DNA of 46,685 nt from an uncultured Candidatus Peribacteria bacterium (GTDB lineage: Bacteria; Patescibacteriota; Gracilibacteria; UBA4473): contig CAYWLU010000002.1 in the NCBI GenBank assembly GCA_964459435.1, positions 1 to 46,685 on the forward strand, in the 5' to 3' direction. The position numbers were made by a program, and so were the translations under genes. Positions 16,769 through 26,633 of this stretch are shown piece by piece. The notes below the pieces were generated by a model. It saw nothing but the letters and a program-made list of their open reading frames with translations, was not told the origin of the DNA and made no database searches. Each line of letters starts with the position of its first letter. Positions within the stretch are counted from its first letter, which is position 1.

Positions 16769-18148
16769 TTAGAAATAAAGATCCCGCTCCCCTGCTTCAA
16801 TTTTCTTTAAACGATCAATCGTTTCTTGTTTTCTATTTCCTTTATCAGAAATCTGAGCTAAATATTTCTGAATAATTTTTTCGCCAAGCTCTTTCACTTC
16901 CTCCGTTGCATAATCTATTAAATATTCTTTGAGAGTCAAAATTGCGTTAGGTCTGCATAAATTGTGTATTTCTCCTGGTTTTGCAATATGCATAAAATCC
17001 TCTCCTGTTCTACCTTTCCGATAACAAGCAGTGCAAAAACTTGGTAAAAGTCCTTGTTCCATTATTCCTTTAATTACTTCACTTAAATTACGATGATCCG
17101 ACAGATTAAACTGTTCTAGATTCTTTTCTTTTCCATATCCTCCTGGAGAAGTACAAGAAGCTGCACTAGTTTGAGAAATACCAAGTTCAAAAGCTTTACT
17201 TCTAGTTTCTGGTTTTTCTCTGGTAGAAATAATCATGCCCGTATAAGGAACGGCTAAACGCAAAATCGCAATTATCTTTAACAATTCATCTGAATTTATT
17301 TCATGCTCTAATTTTAAATCCACTGTATCTGCTGGCTGGAATCTTGGAACAGATAAAGTATGCGGTCCGACATTATATTTCTTATCCAAATATTTAGCGT
17401 GAGACACTAAAGAAAGAACTTCAAATTTGTAATCATAAAGACCGAAAAGAACTCCTAGTCCGATATCATCTATTCCTCCTGCAAATGCTCGGTCATGCGC
17501 AAATAGTTGTCTTTCGTAATCAGATTTTGGACCACGTGGATGCATTTTCTCATAAGTCTGCCGGTGATAAGTTTCTTGAAATAACTGATAAGTTCCAATC
17601 CCTACTTCTTGTAATTTCTTATAATCTTCCACAGTAGTCGCTGCAATATTAACATTTACCCTCCTAATTTCTCCATTTTTATGTTTAGTAGCATAAATCG
17701 TCTTAATAACATCGATAATATAATCAATATCATTAGTTGGATGTTCTCCAAATTCTAATAACAACCTTTTATGTCCCATATCTACTAATTGTTTTGTTTG
17801 TTCTTCTACTTCTTTAAGAGTTAATTTCTTTCTCGGAATACTATTCCGACAATGAAACGCACAATATTCACAATCATTCACGCAATAACTAGAAACATAA
17901 AGCGGAGCAAAAAAGACTAACCTCTCTCCGTAAATATCTTCTTTTATTTCTTTAGCAGTAGCAAAAATTTTCTCTAAAAGAGTTTTATCATCTGTGTACA
18001 ATAAATAACCAATTTCTTCTAAATCTAACCCTTTTTGTTTAGAAGCTTTGGTCAATATTTCTAGAATTTTTTCTTTTGTAGGAAATTTTGTTTTTTCTAA
18101 AATTCCGTTTATTTTTCTCTCGTCTATAATATCTGTAATTTCTGTCAT
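16769..18148 (-). CDS. hydG: [FeFe]-hydrogenase H-cluster radical SAM maturase HydG
   Basis: FAPLYVSSYCVNDCEYC, LFQETYH, C-terminal CTAC-X22-C auxiliary cluster motif (distinguishes it from ThiH). Confidence 0.93.
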   Translation of the reverse strand: MTEITDIIDERKINGILEKTKFPTKEKILEILTKASKQKGLDLEEIGYLLYTDDKTLLEKIFATAKEIKEDIYGERLVFFAPLYVSSYCVNDCEYCAFHCRNSIPRKKLTLKEVEEQTKQLVDMGHKRLLLEFGEHPTNDIDYIIDVIKTIYATKHKNGEIRRVNVNIAATTVEDYKKLQEVGIGTYQLFQETYHRQTYEKMHPRGPKSDYERQLFAHDRAFAGGIDDIGLGVLFGLYDYKFEVLSLVSHAKYLDKKYNVGPHTLSVPRFQPADTVDLKLEHEINSDELLKIIAILRLAVPYTGMIISTREKPETRSKAFELGISQTSAASCTSPGGYGKEKNLEQFNLSDHRNLSEVIKGIMEQGLLPSFCTACYRKGRTGEDFMHIAKPGEIHNLCRPNAILTLKEYLIDYATEEVKELGEKIIQKYLAQISDKGNRKQETIDRLKKIEAGERDLYF

Positions 18149-18235
18149 GTTAAACTAAATTAGTATTAAGTATTATGTATAAAGTATAGGACAGGATAAT
18201 AAGATTACAAAATAATGAAATTCGAACTTTAATTG

Positions 18236-18251
18236 TTATATTATAATATAC
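18236..18251. repeat. TTATATTATAATATAA variant (15/16)
   Basis: TTATATTATAATATAC in the divergent hydG/hydE gap. Confidence 0.7.
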
Positions 18252-18299
18252 TAATAACTACATCCTAATTTCTAAACACTAATAGCTAACTACTAAACA

Positions 18300-19418
18300 A
18301 TGAACGACTCTGATCTTAAAAAATACCTTCAAGCAAAAAGAACTCTCCAAACAGAGCTTTTTAATAAAGCTAACAAAATAAGAGAGCAAGTTATTGGAAA
18401 TAATGTTTATTTTCGAGGAATTATAGAATTCTCTAGTTATTGTGAAAAAAACTGTAATTACTGTGGGATTAGAAGCGGAAATAAAAAAGTAGAACGATAC
18501 TGTATGACTTTAGCAGAAATAAAAGAAAGTTTGAATTTTATAGATAAAGTAAAATACGGATCAGTAGTTCTTCAATCTGGAGAATTAACTTCCCCTTCAG
18601 CTAAAAAATTCTTACTAGATATGGTTAAGCTTATTAATCAAAATTACCCAAACATGGGTATAACTCTTTCTTGTGGAGAGCTAGATTACAATTTTTTAAA
18701 AGAGTTGAAAGATGCCGGAGCTCATCGTTACTTATTAAGAATAGAAACCAGTAATCCCGAGTTATACAAAAAAATTCATCCCGCTTCTCATTCCTTTGAA
18801 CACCGAATCCAAACGCTCAAAAATCTCAAAAAACTAGATTATCAAGTAGGTTGTGGGAATATGATTGGAATTCCAGAACAAACCATAGAAGACTTAATTG
18901 CCGATCTTCACTTCTTCCAAACCATGGATTTTGATATGTTTGGGCTAGGACCATATGTCATTCATGAAGATACTCCATTAGGTAATACTAAAAATAAAAA
19001 ATGGTGGGAAGAAAATAAAGAAGAAATTTTCAATACCACTCTTAATTTTATTGCCCTCCTAAGAATCCTAATGCCCACCGTCAATATTGCTACTGCTACC
19101 GCCCTAGATGTGTTTAAACCCCAAGGAAGAATTTTAGCCCTGAAAGCAGGAGCAAATGTAATTATGCCCTCGGTTACCCCTAAAAAATTCCGATACAAAT
19201 ATTTGTTATACCAAGATAAACCTTGTGTGGACGAAGACCCTTCAGACTGCATTGAATGTACTATTGGAAAGGTCAAAATGGCTAAACTAAATCCCGTTCT
19301 TGATAAACAAGGAAATTCTCTTCATTATACAGATAGATTAAAAGTTAAAAAGATGAAAAGTCTAAAAGCAAAAACACACTGTCATGCTGGATTTATTCCG
19401 GCATCTAACTATAAATAA
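18300..19418 (+). CDS. hydE: [FeFe]-hydrogenase radical SAM maturase HydE
   Basis: VYFRGIIEFSSYCEKNCNYCG, RYLLRIET, GANVIMP, YLLYQDK, CX7CX2C. Confidence 0.9.
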   Translation: MNDSDLKKYLQAKRTLQTELFNKANKIREQVIGNNVYFRGIIEFSSYCEKNCNYCGIRSGNKKVERYCMTLAEIKESLNFIDKVKYGSVVLQSGELTSPSAKKFLLDMVKLINQNYPNMGITLSCGELDYNFLKELKDAGAHRYLLRIETSNPELYKKIHPASHSFEHRIQTLKNLKKLDYQVGCGNMIGIPEQTIEDLIADLHFFQTMDFDMFGLGPYVIHEDTPLGNTKNKKWWEENKEEIFNTTLNFIALLRILMPTVNIATATALDVFKPQGRILALKAGANVIMPSVTPKKFRYKYLLYQDKPCVDEDPSDCIECTIGKVKMAKLNPVLDKQGNSLHYTDRLKVKKMKSLKAKTHCHAGFIPASNYK

Positions 19419-19465
19419 AGCAATATTTAACTCACCGCTAAATCCCGAAATAAATTCGGGATGAC
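19381..19465. repeat. Family B element overlapping hydE 3' end
   Basis: GTCATGCTGGATTTATTCCGGCAT...ATCCCGAAATAAATTCGGGATGAC. Confidence 0.75.
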
Positions 19466-19540
19466 AATATTAGATGTAAAAATTGCTAAGTCCTCCCTCG
19501 CAATCTTGTTGTCTTATAATCTCGTTATCTATTAAAAATA

Positions 19541-20791
19541 ATGTCTAAACGAAAAGAACGAAGTATCATCGCCATTATTGGTCGTACTAATGTCGGCAAA
19601 TCTAGCCTGCTTAATTTAATTAGTGATCAAAAAGAATACGCTATTACGGATCCAACTCCAGGTACTACCGCCGACACCGTTACCTGCCTGATGGAAATCC
19701 ATGATCTAGGACCATTTAAGATACTAGATACCGCTGGAGTAGATGAAATGTCTAAATTAGGAGATAAAAAAAGACAAAAAACACATGAAGCCATAGCAGA
19801 AGCCGATTTAAGTCTGCTAGTTATAGATCCAAAAAATAAAGATCTAGATTTAGAATTAGATTTAATTAAACGAGCTCAAAAACATAATAAACAAGTCTTG
19901 ATAATCTTGAACAATTTTAGTGTTCAAGAGAAAGAAGTATTAGAAACTATAGAAAAAAAACTAGGTTTCCCCTGTCTTTCTCTCCAAGCTAACAACAAAG
20001 AAGATCATCAACACCTTATTGATTTTATTCATACCTTTTTCCAAAAAGAATCTCGTGATATTGATCTAATCCCCTCCCTAAAAGAAAAAGGATTTGTCTT
20101 GCTTGTTATTCCTATGGATGAAGAAACTCCAACTCAGAGACTTCTTCGTCCTCAAGGCATGATCATGGAGTATTTACTAAGAAATTTCATTACACCTGTT
20201 CTCTTTCGTCCAGATCTAAAAAAAGCTCGCGGTAAAAATTCTAAATCAGAAAAAAAACGCTTTTTAAAATTAGTAGATCACCTCCAAAAAACTCCAGAGG
20301 GGACACAACTGATTATCACCGATAGCCAAGCTTTTGATATAATAGCTCCTTGGACCCCAAACAACATTCCCCTGACCTCTTTTTCAGTCATGATGGCTCA
20401 TCATATGACTTTCGGAAAATTAAATTTACTTCTAGAGGGAGTTAAACAAATAGATAAATTAAAATCCAACGACAATATTTTGGTTGTAGAAGCCTGTAAT
20501 CATAATCGAATATGTGACGATATTGGCACTGTCCAAATTCCTAAACTACTAGAAAAAAAAGTCGGCGGTAAGTTAAATTTCTCCTTTAATTTTGGACAAC
20601 CTTTCCCTAAAGACCTAACAAAATTCAAACTAATTATTCATTGTGGCGGATGCATGATAGATCGTCAAAAATTCTCTCATAGAACAAATAAAGCCCAAGA
20701 ATCCAATATTCCTTTTACCAATTACGGCTTTGTTTTAGCTTATTTACAAAACAAAAAGGTTTTAGAAAGAGTGCTTAAACCGTTTGCGTAG
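19541..20791 (+). CDS. hydF: [FeFe]-hydrogenase maturation GTPase HydF
   Basis: GRTNVGKS, GTTAD, DTAG, ITDSQ, EACNH and HCGGCM Fe-S ligands. Confidence 0.93.
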   Translation: MSKRKERSIIAIIGRTNVGKSSLLNLISDQKEYAITDPTPGTTADTVTCLMEIHDLGPFKILDTAGVDEMSKLGDKKRQKTHEAIAEADLSLLVIDPKNKDLDLELDLIKRAQKHNKQVLIILNNFSVQEKEVLETIEKKLGFPCLSLQANNKEDHQHLIDFIHTFFQKESRDIDLIPSLKEKGFVLLVIPMDEETPTQRLLRPQGMIMEYLLRNFITPVLFRPDLKKARGKNSKSEKKRFLKLVDHLQKTPEGTQLIITDSQAFDIIAPWTPNNIPLTSFSVMMAHHMTFGKLNLLLEGVKQIDKLKSNDNILVVEACNHNRICDDIGTVQIPKLLEKKVGGKLNFSFNFGQPFPKDLTKFKLIIHCGGCMIDRQKFSHRTNKAQESNIPFTNYGFVLAYLQNKKVLERVLKPFA

Positions 20792-20853
20792 TCACTACAT
20801 TATAATATAACAAAAATTGGCTTTTAGCTTTTAGCTAATATATAATTCAGCTA

Positions 20854-21630
20854 ATGAAATCAGATTTCTTGGATATTAATGGCGTTAAAACTCATGTTCT
20901 GAGAATTGGACAAGGAAAACAAAAAATAATTTTTCTCCATGGTTGGGGAGGAGAAAGTAAAAATTTCATAAATATTGCTTCTCTTTTAGTGAAAAAAAAT
21001 AAACTAGAGGCTGTTCTTATAGATCTACCTGGATTTGGCAAAACAGATCTTCCTCCCAAGTCTGGTTGGTCAACTCATGATTATGAAGAGTGGTTAGAGA
21101 AAGTTCTTGGTAAATTAAAAATCAATAAAGCTTCTTTCTATGGCCATAGTTTTGGTTGCCGGATAATTGTTCGTTTGCTGCTAAAATCCCCTCGCCTAGC
21201 AGATAAAGTTATCCTTACAGGAGCCGCTGGAATAAAATGGCCATTATCTCTTCGTCAGAAAATATCTGTTTTCTTGAGCAAGAAATTCTCTCTAGCCAAA
21301 AGACTAATTCCTCAGAAAATCCAAAAAATAATTATGTGTCGTATTTTTGGTGCTCGAGACTGGGGTTCTGTTAGTTCAGAATTAAAATCTACCCTAAGAA
21401 AAACCCTGGAAGAACCATGCTTTAGAGAAGAATTACCGAAAATTAAAGCTCCTATGTTTTTAATTTGGGGAAAAAATGATAGTTATACTCCATTAAAATC
21501 TGGTCGAGTTTTTGCTGACAAACTACCTAACTCTCGTTTAAAAATCTTTTCTGATGGAAAACACGGTTTACACTACACTCACAAAAAGAAAATAGTAAAA
21601 CTTGTTTCTGAATTCCTTAAAAAAACATAG
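20854..21630 (+). CDS. Alpha/beta hydrolase
   Basis: FLHGWG, DLPGFG, GHSFG nucleophile elbow, WGKND, catalytic His. Confidence 0.9.
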   Translation: MKSDFLDINGVKTHVLRIGQGKQKIIFLHGWGGESKNFINIASLLVKKNKLEAVLIDLPGFGKTDLPPKSGWSTHDYEEWLEKVLGKLKINKASFYGHSFGCRIIVRLLLKSPRLADKVILTGAAGIKWPLSLRQKISVFLSKKFSLAKRLIPQKIQKIIMCRIFGARDWGSVSSELKSTLRKTLEEPCFREELPKIKAPMFLIWGKNDSYTPLKSGRVFADKLPNSRLKIFSDGKHGLHYTHKKKIVKLVSEFLKKT

Positions 21631-21720
21631 TCATTGCGAGGAGTCCCGCTTAGCGGGACGACACGGCAATCTCCTGATGAATATGAGATTGCTTCACTCC
21701 TTTTAGTCGCTCGCAATGAC
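21630..21720. repeat. REP-like family A element
   Basis: GTCATTGCGAG...GCAATCTC...GAGATTGC...CTCGCAATGAC. Confidence 0.85.
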
Positions 21721-21731
21721 AATACAATAAA

Positions 21732-23186
21732 ATGAATCTCTTAGAATTTATCTTCACAACTGTATTTCTCCTCTTAGGAATAAGAACTACCTCTTGGTGG
21801 TTGCAGAATTGGCAATTGCGAGAATATCGTTGGGATAGACTCAAGGCTAATTTCTCTACTAAAGACGGATTTCTAAACCTTATTAATCTCTGGTTTTTCA
21901 AAGGAATTCTACCTCGCCCGCAAAAATCTGGTCGAGTTCTCATGATTCTCGGAATATTTGTTTTCTTGAGTGGAACGCTTTTTTCGTTTAATCAAGACAC
22001 AAACCTCCTCCCTCTTTATCTCATAACTATTATTTGGGAAAGAACTATTTGGCTTAGTTTAGGAGTCGCCGTACTCATTTCTAAAATACCTGTTTGGATT
22101 GCTCAAAGAGTTCTGTTTCATTTGGCTAAAAAGATTATTAATGAATCTAATAATGTAACTAGAGTTGGTATTACTGGTAGTTTCGGTAAATCTTCCACGA
22201 AAGAACTACTGGTCCACTTATTGAAATCCAAATTTAACTCAGAAAATGTTTTGTGGAACCCAGAGAATCAGAACAATGAGATTGCTATTGCTCGTTTAGT
22301 TATCAAAAACAAACTCTTTTTCAAAGGAGATAAACAGAAAATATTCGTAGTAGAGATTGGGGCTTATCGTCTAGGAGAAATTAAAAGAGTTTGTGAATTT
22401 ATTCAACCGCAAATTGGTATACTTACCGGACTTAACGCTCAACATATCGCACTTTTCGGTTCTCAACGAAATATCCAAAAAGCCAAATTCGAACTCGCAG
22501 AAAGTGCCTCAGATAAAGTATTCTTTAATTCTGACAACAAACTCCTTAATGAAATTTTTGCAGATAAGAAAATCAAAGCTACTAAACTTCCTATCTCTAA
22601 ACTAGCTGCCAAAAACATTGAAAGCGAAATAAATAAAACAAACTTTACTGTCTATGGCCAAGACATGATTCTGCCTTGGGCAGGAGAATTCTTTGTTTAC
22701 AACGGCTTACTTGCTATGGAGGTAGCTCGGGAGTTTGGAATGACTCCAAAAGAAATAGCCCTGTCTCTTACAAATCTGCCTCCCCTACCTAGAGCTTTAA
22801 CAATAGAAAAACATTATTCTGGAGCAACAATCATAAAAGACCTCTATTCTGCTAATCCGGATGGAGTTTTTAGTGCTATCGATCACTTAGGAAAATTCAA
22901 AGGAAAGAAAATTTTTATCGCCATTCCCCTCCTTGAATTAGGAAAAAAATCCAAAGAAATTCATGCGGAAATATTTCAAAAGTTAAAAAATATTGAAGCA
23001 GAAATATTCTGGCTCAAAAAGGATTTTAGAGATTTAGGGTGCAAAACTTGTGGAAAAAATTTCCACGGATCTGATCTTCTGAAATTACGAAATATGTTAA
23101 AAGATTTAAGTAAAGATGATGCCATCTTACTAGAATCCAGATTGCCTAAAAATGTCCTACAGATCCTAAAGGAAACTCTTAAATGA
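21732..23186 (+). CDS. murF: MurF-like Mur ligase with N-terminal membrane segments
   Basis: GITGSFGKSSTKE, NQNNEI, VEIGA, DLYSANPDG, ELG, LLESR. Confidence 0.8.
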   Translation: MNLLEFIFTTVFLLLGIRTTSWWLQNWQLREYRWDRLKANFSTKDGFLNLINLWFFKGILPRPQKSGRVLMILGIFVFLSGTLFSFNQDTNLLPLYLITIIWERTIWLSLGVAVLISKIPVWIAQRVLFHLAKKIINESNNVTRVGITGSFGKSSTKELLVHLLKSKFNSENVLWNPENQNNEIAIARLVIKNKLFFKGDKQKIFVVEIGAYRLGEIKRVCEFIQPQIGILTGLNAQHIALFGSQRNIQKAKFELAESASDKVFFNSDNKLLNEIFADKKIKATKLPISKLAAKNIESEINKTNFTVYGQDMILPWAGEFFVYNGLLAMEVAREFGMTPKEIALSLTNLPPLPRALTIEKHYSGATIIKDLYSANPDGVFSAIDHLGKFKGKKIFIAIPLLELGKKSKEIHAEIFQKLKNIEAEIFWLKKDFRDLGCKTCGKNFHGSDLLKLRNMLKDLSKDDAILLESRLPKNVLQILKETLK

Positions 23187-24364
23187 AAAAACTAGTCTCT
23201 AATCAAATATCTCCCAATTTTACTTTTACAGACAGTCTGTATGCAGTAAAACAGATATTTGTTTCTAATTCTCAAAAAAATACAGCATATTATAATATAC
23301 TATTCACTAAACACTTTGGTACAGAAAATTTCTTCTTAACTAACGCCATTCGTACTGGACTAGCTAAAATCATAGAAGCAACTAATCCCTCTAAAAAGAA
23401 AAAAATAGGCATACCTGCTTTTATTTGTGCCGTGGTGGCTACCCCCTTTTTAAAGGAAAACTATGAAATAGAGTGGTTAGATACCGACAATAATGGAGTC
23501 ATTTCTTTGGAAGAATTCAAGAAAAAAGCAGATAAGCTTTCTGTTATCGTAGTTCCTCACATTTTCGGACAAAAAGCACCTTTAGAAAGAATTTTTAGCA
23601 TAGCCCAAGAGAAAAATATTCTAGTTATAGAAGACTGTGCTCATCTTTTTGAACTCCAAAATCACCCTCCTATGCATTGCGATGTCAGAATCGCAAGTTT
23701 CGGAAGAGAAAAAGTCTTTTCTTGTGTGTCTGGTGGAGCAGTAATTTGGAATAAAAAATCTCAATTTTTTACGAATAAAACCTTTAAATTAGAAAAGGCT
23801 AGCAAAGGCTGGACTATCCGTCATGCCCTGCAACCCTTAATTTTTGCTTTAGCTATTCCTTGGTGGAACTGGGGAGGTAAAATAATCCCTTATTTAGCTA
23901 GTAAAACAAAATTATTGCCCAGAGCAGTCACAAACTCAGAAAAGAAAGGAAAAGAAGACTTCCCTCTTTATGCTCTTCCCGTAACTCAACAAAAAATCTT
24001 GTTAAGTAAATTACAAAAAGCAGACCAAATCATTGCTCACCGCAAGAAACTAGCTATCGCTTGGAAAAAAACTCTCACTAAACTTTTTCCAGAAGCCAAA
24101 ATAATTGTGCCAGATAATGCTTTTCGAGTAATTCTAAAAACAGAACGCAAACAAATAGTATCTAAGGCTAAAAAATCAGGATTCAATCTCCACGAATGGG
24201 ATGGTATTCCTATTTCTCCTGCTGGTACAGATTTAAAGAAATTCAACTATCAACTTGGACAATGCCCAAAAGCAGAACACTTTGCCCAAAATTATGTTAC
24301 TTTTCCGACAAATATCAGAACCAGTTTGAAGGATATCGAAATTTTTGAGAAACTCTGGTCATAG
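23183..24364 (+). CDS. DegT/DnrJ/EryC1/StrS family PLP-dependent aminotransferase
   Basis: HIFG, IEDCAH, SFGREK..SGG, CPKAE. Confidence 0.85.
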   Translation: MKKLVSNQISPNFTFTDSLYAVKQIFVSNSQKNTAYYNILFTKHFGTENFFLTNAIRTGLAKIIEATNPSKKKKIGIPAFICAVVATPFLKENYEIEWLDTDNNGVISLEEFKKKADKLSVIVVPHIFGQKAPLERIFSIAQEKNILVIEDCAHLFELQNHPPMHCDVRIASFGREKVFSCVSGGAVIWNKKSQFFTNKTFKLEKASKGWTIRHALQPLIFALAIPWWNWGGKIIPYLASKTKLLPRAVTNSEKKGKEDFPLYALPVTQQKILLSKLQKADQIIAHRKKLAIAWKKTLTKLFPEAKIIVPDNAFRVILKTERKQIVSKAKKSGFNLHEWDGIPISPAGTDLKKFNYQLGQCPKAEHFAQNYVTFPTNIRTSLKDIEIFEKLWS

Positions 24365-24408
24365 CTAAACAAAAATAAAATGGCACAAATAAAAAATATG
24401 CATATGCA

Positions 24409-24543
24409 GTCATTCTGGCTTGTCCAGAATCCTGTCCATAAATATCCTGCATGGGAATGTTCGTGCCTATCCCAACATAATTGCCGTGCTAACGCTTATA
24501 AATATGATAAATTCACTTCTGATTCTGGACAAGCCAGAATGAC
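24409..24543. mobile_element. 135-bp MITE-like element (family B subtype) with 23-bp perfect TIR
   Basis: GTCATTCTGGCTTGTCCAGAATC...GATTCTGGACAAGCCAGAATGAC; inverted homolog at 43736-43870. Confidence 0.8.
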
Positions 24544-24582
24544 TACTAACTGTGATAGACTGTGTTCCTAATCATCCTTTAA

Positions 24583-25716
24583 ATGAATTTTTTCTTACAA
24601 AAAATCCCCGCTTCTCAACTAGATAATTTCTATAACAGTTTTTCTAGAGATAAAACGTTCTTGCAAACATCTAAATACGGAGATTTCCGAGAACAACTAG
24701 GAGAAAAAAACTTCCGTTTTGGAATCTTTTTTGGTGACCAACTTGTAGGAATTGTTCAACTTCAAAAAATCAAAGCTAGGCGAGGAACTTATCTTCATGT
24801 TCCACATGGACCACTAATTAACCTTAAACATCAAGACCCAGCTCTCAGCCTCTTTCTGCAAGAATATAAAAACTTAGGAAAAAAAGAGAAATGTGATTTT
24901 GTTCGTATCTCTCCACTGGTTTCTCCAGACACAAAAAATATATTTAAAAAAGAAAAATTCATCTCTGCTCCAGTACATTTAGTTAATCCAGAACTTACTT
25001 GGGTACTGGATCTAAAACCAAAAGAAGAAGAGCTTCTAAAGAATATGAAAAAATCTACTCGTTATGAAGTAAGACGCATCGAAAAAGTAGGAATCAAAGT
25101 CACCCAAGGAAATTCTAAAAAAGAATTAGATACTTTTTGGCAACTTCATGAAGAAACTGTTAAAAGACAGCATTTCATTCCTTTTGCCCGCGCAACTACG
25201 GAAAAAGAATTAGAAATTTTTGGAAACGACCTACAGATATTTTCTTCTTATATGGAATTTGATGATTCTACTGAATCTCCTGAATTTGATGAAAGTAAAG
25301 GAAAAATCGAGGAACGGAGTAAGCCGTATTGTAGTCATACTGCGTCGAGTACCGCAGATTTTGACAAAGAACTTCGCAAATTCAGGAGATTCTATTCAAG
25401 TTCTATTATTCTTTTTGATAACCACGCTGCCTACTACCACCAAGGAGCCTCTATTTACTCCAAACTACCTGTATCTCACGCCACTCTTTGGACAGCAATT
25501 CTAGAAGCTAAAAAGAGAGGTTGTCAGGAATTTAATTTCTGGGGAGTTTGTCCAGAAAACAATAAAAAACATCCTTGGTATGGATTATCTAGGTTTAAAC
25601 GAGGTTTTGGTGGAGAAGAACGAGAATTTATTCATGTACAAGATTATCCATTAACAACGAAATATTGGCTTAATTGGCTAATAGAAAAATGGCGTAAATG
25701 GAAACGAGGGTATTAA
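24583..25716 (+). CDS. FemAB/FemX-family peptidoglycan bridge aminoacyltransferase, with 40-aa insertion
   Basis: FLQT, VPHGP, LDL, MKKSTRYEVR, FNFWG, GLSRFKRGFGG. Confidence 0.9.
   Translation: MNFFLQKIPASQLDNFYNSFSRDKTFLQTSKYGDFREQLGEKNFRFGIFFGDQLVGIVQLQKIKARRGTYLHVPHGPLINLKHQDPALSLFLQEYKNLGKKEKCDFVRISPLVSPDTKNIFKKEKFISAPVHLVNPELTWVLDLKPKEEELLKNMKKSTRYEVRRIEKVGIKVTQGNSKKELDTFWQLHEETVKRQHFIPFARATTEKELEIFGNDLQIFSSYMEFDDSTESPEFDESKGKIEERSKPYCSHTASSTADFDKELRKFRRFYSSSIILFDNHAAYYHQGASIYSKLPVSHATLWTAILEAKKRGCQEFNFWGVCPENNKKHPWYGLSRFKRGFGGEEREFIHVQDYPLTTKYWLNWLIEKWRKWKRGY
25273..25392 (+). mobile_element. 120-bp palindromic element inserted in frame in femX
   Basis: 16-bp perfect TIR GAATCTCCTGAATTTG; 99/120 identical (ungapped, inverted) to 27858-27977. 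Confidence 0.88.
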
Positions 25717-25727
25717 ACCTCAGTGTC

Positions 25728-25848
25728 GTCATTGCGATCGGGATGATTTTTAGACGAGGAACGAGTCGAAAAGCATGCCGAGAAGCAATCTATTATTTAT
25801 TTTAACAAAAAAAACAGATTGCCACGTCGCCTTGCTCCTCGCAATGAC
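25728..25848. repeat. REP-like family A element
   Basis: GTCATTGCGA...GAAGCAATCT...AGATTGCCACG...CTCGCAATGAC; close to 29257-29374. Confidence 0.85.
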
Positions 25849-25921
25849 GATGTTGTAGTACGAGAGGCTACTTGCTCATATTTATTTTTTCTATACAATT
25901 TCAAAAATTAACTTTTAAAAT

Positions 25922-26224
25922 ATGCCTAAAGTAAAAATAACTGACAAATCTGGAAAAAAGATAACCGAATTCGAAGGTAACTCCAAAGATTCTCTTGGAA
26001 CTCAAGCTCAAGAAAATGGTTGTCCTATTTCTATGCCCTGCATGGCTGGAGCTTGCGGAGGATGTATTGCTAAAATCAAACAAGGAAAAGAATGTTTAGA
26101 TCCAGAAGCTCTAGGACCTGCTCATTTTCCAGTAGAAGACGATGAAGTTTTAGCTTGTATTTGTGGAATAAAGAAGGATACCTCTAAAGACTCTGAAATA
26201 GAAATCGAAGTAGATAACGTCTAA
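25922..26224 (+). CDS. 2Fe-2S ferredoxin
   Basis: CMAGACGGC...LAC motif. Confidence 0.9.
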   Translation: MPKVKITDKSGKKITEFEGNSKDSLGTQAQENGCPISMPCMAGACGGCIAKIKQGKECLDPEALGPAHFPVEDDEVLACICGIKKDTSKDSEIEIEVDNV

Positions 26225-26297
26225 AAAATTGACAATCCTTCTATTTTTCATAGAATTCTCACGCTTCTAAAATAAGAAGGTTGATAATTAAACAACA

Positions 26298-26507
26298 ATG
26301 GCTCGAGCAACTAAAAAACGATCTTTCTTCTCTCTCTTTTGTACTGTTTGTAAAGAAAAAGACGGAAAACAACGAGAAAATTATAAAATTTTAATTAATA
26401 CTCAAAACCAAAATCCTAAAGAGTTTCAACTAAGAAAATTTTGTCCTACTTGTAGAAAGCATAATATTCACAAGGCTAAACAAATATCTCGAGCACAAAA
26501 TAAGTAG
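26298..26507 (+). CDS. rpmG: 50S ribosomal protein L33 (Zn-ribbon type)
   Basis: CTVC...ENY...LRKFCPTCRKHNIH. Confidence 0.9.
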   Translation: MARATKKRSFFSLFCTVCKEKDGKQRENYKILINTQNQNPKEFQLRKFCPTCRKHNIHKAKQISRAQNK

Positions 26508-26548
26508 AAATTAGATAACAAGATCATAAGATTACGAGATAACAAGTA

Positions 26549-26564
26549 GTATATTATAATATAA
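26549..26564. repeat. TTATATTATAATATAA variant (15/16) inside a longer inverted repeat
   Basis: CAAGTAGTATATTATAATATAATATACTACTACTTG. Confidence 0.7.
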
Positions 26565-26633
26565 TATACTACTACTTGTGATCTTGTCTCATATCCCTTG
26601 TCCCTTTGTTTTTTTTATGTAAAATTTAAATTG

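Noticed and set aside
17885-17895. TTTC plus TAGTTAT seed match inside hydG
   Set aside because: Mid-CDS, only 7 nt, within chance expectation for the window
16769-19418. ThiH and biotin synthase annotations for the two radical SAM genes
   Set aside because: HydG C-terminal CX2CX22C motif, HydE signature motifs and adjacency to hydF support hydrogenase maturases
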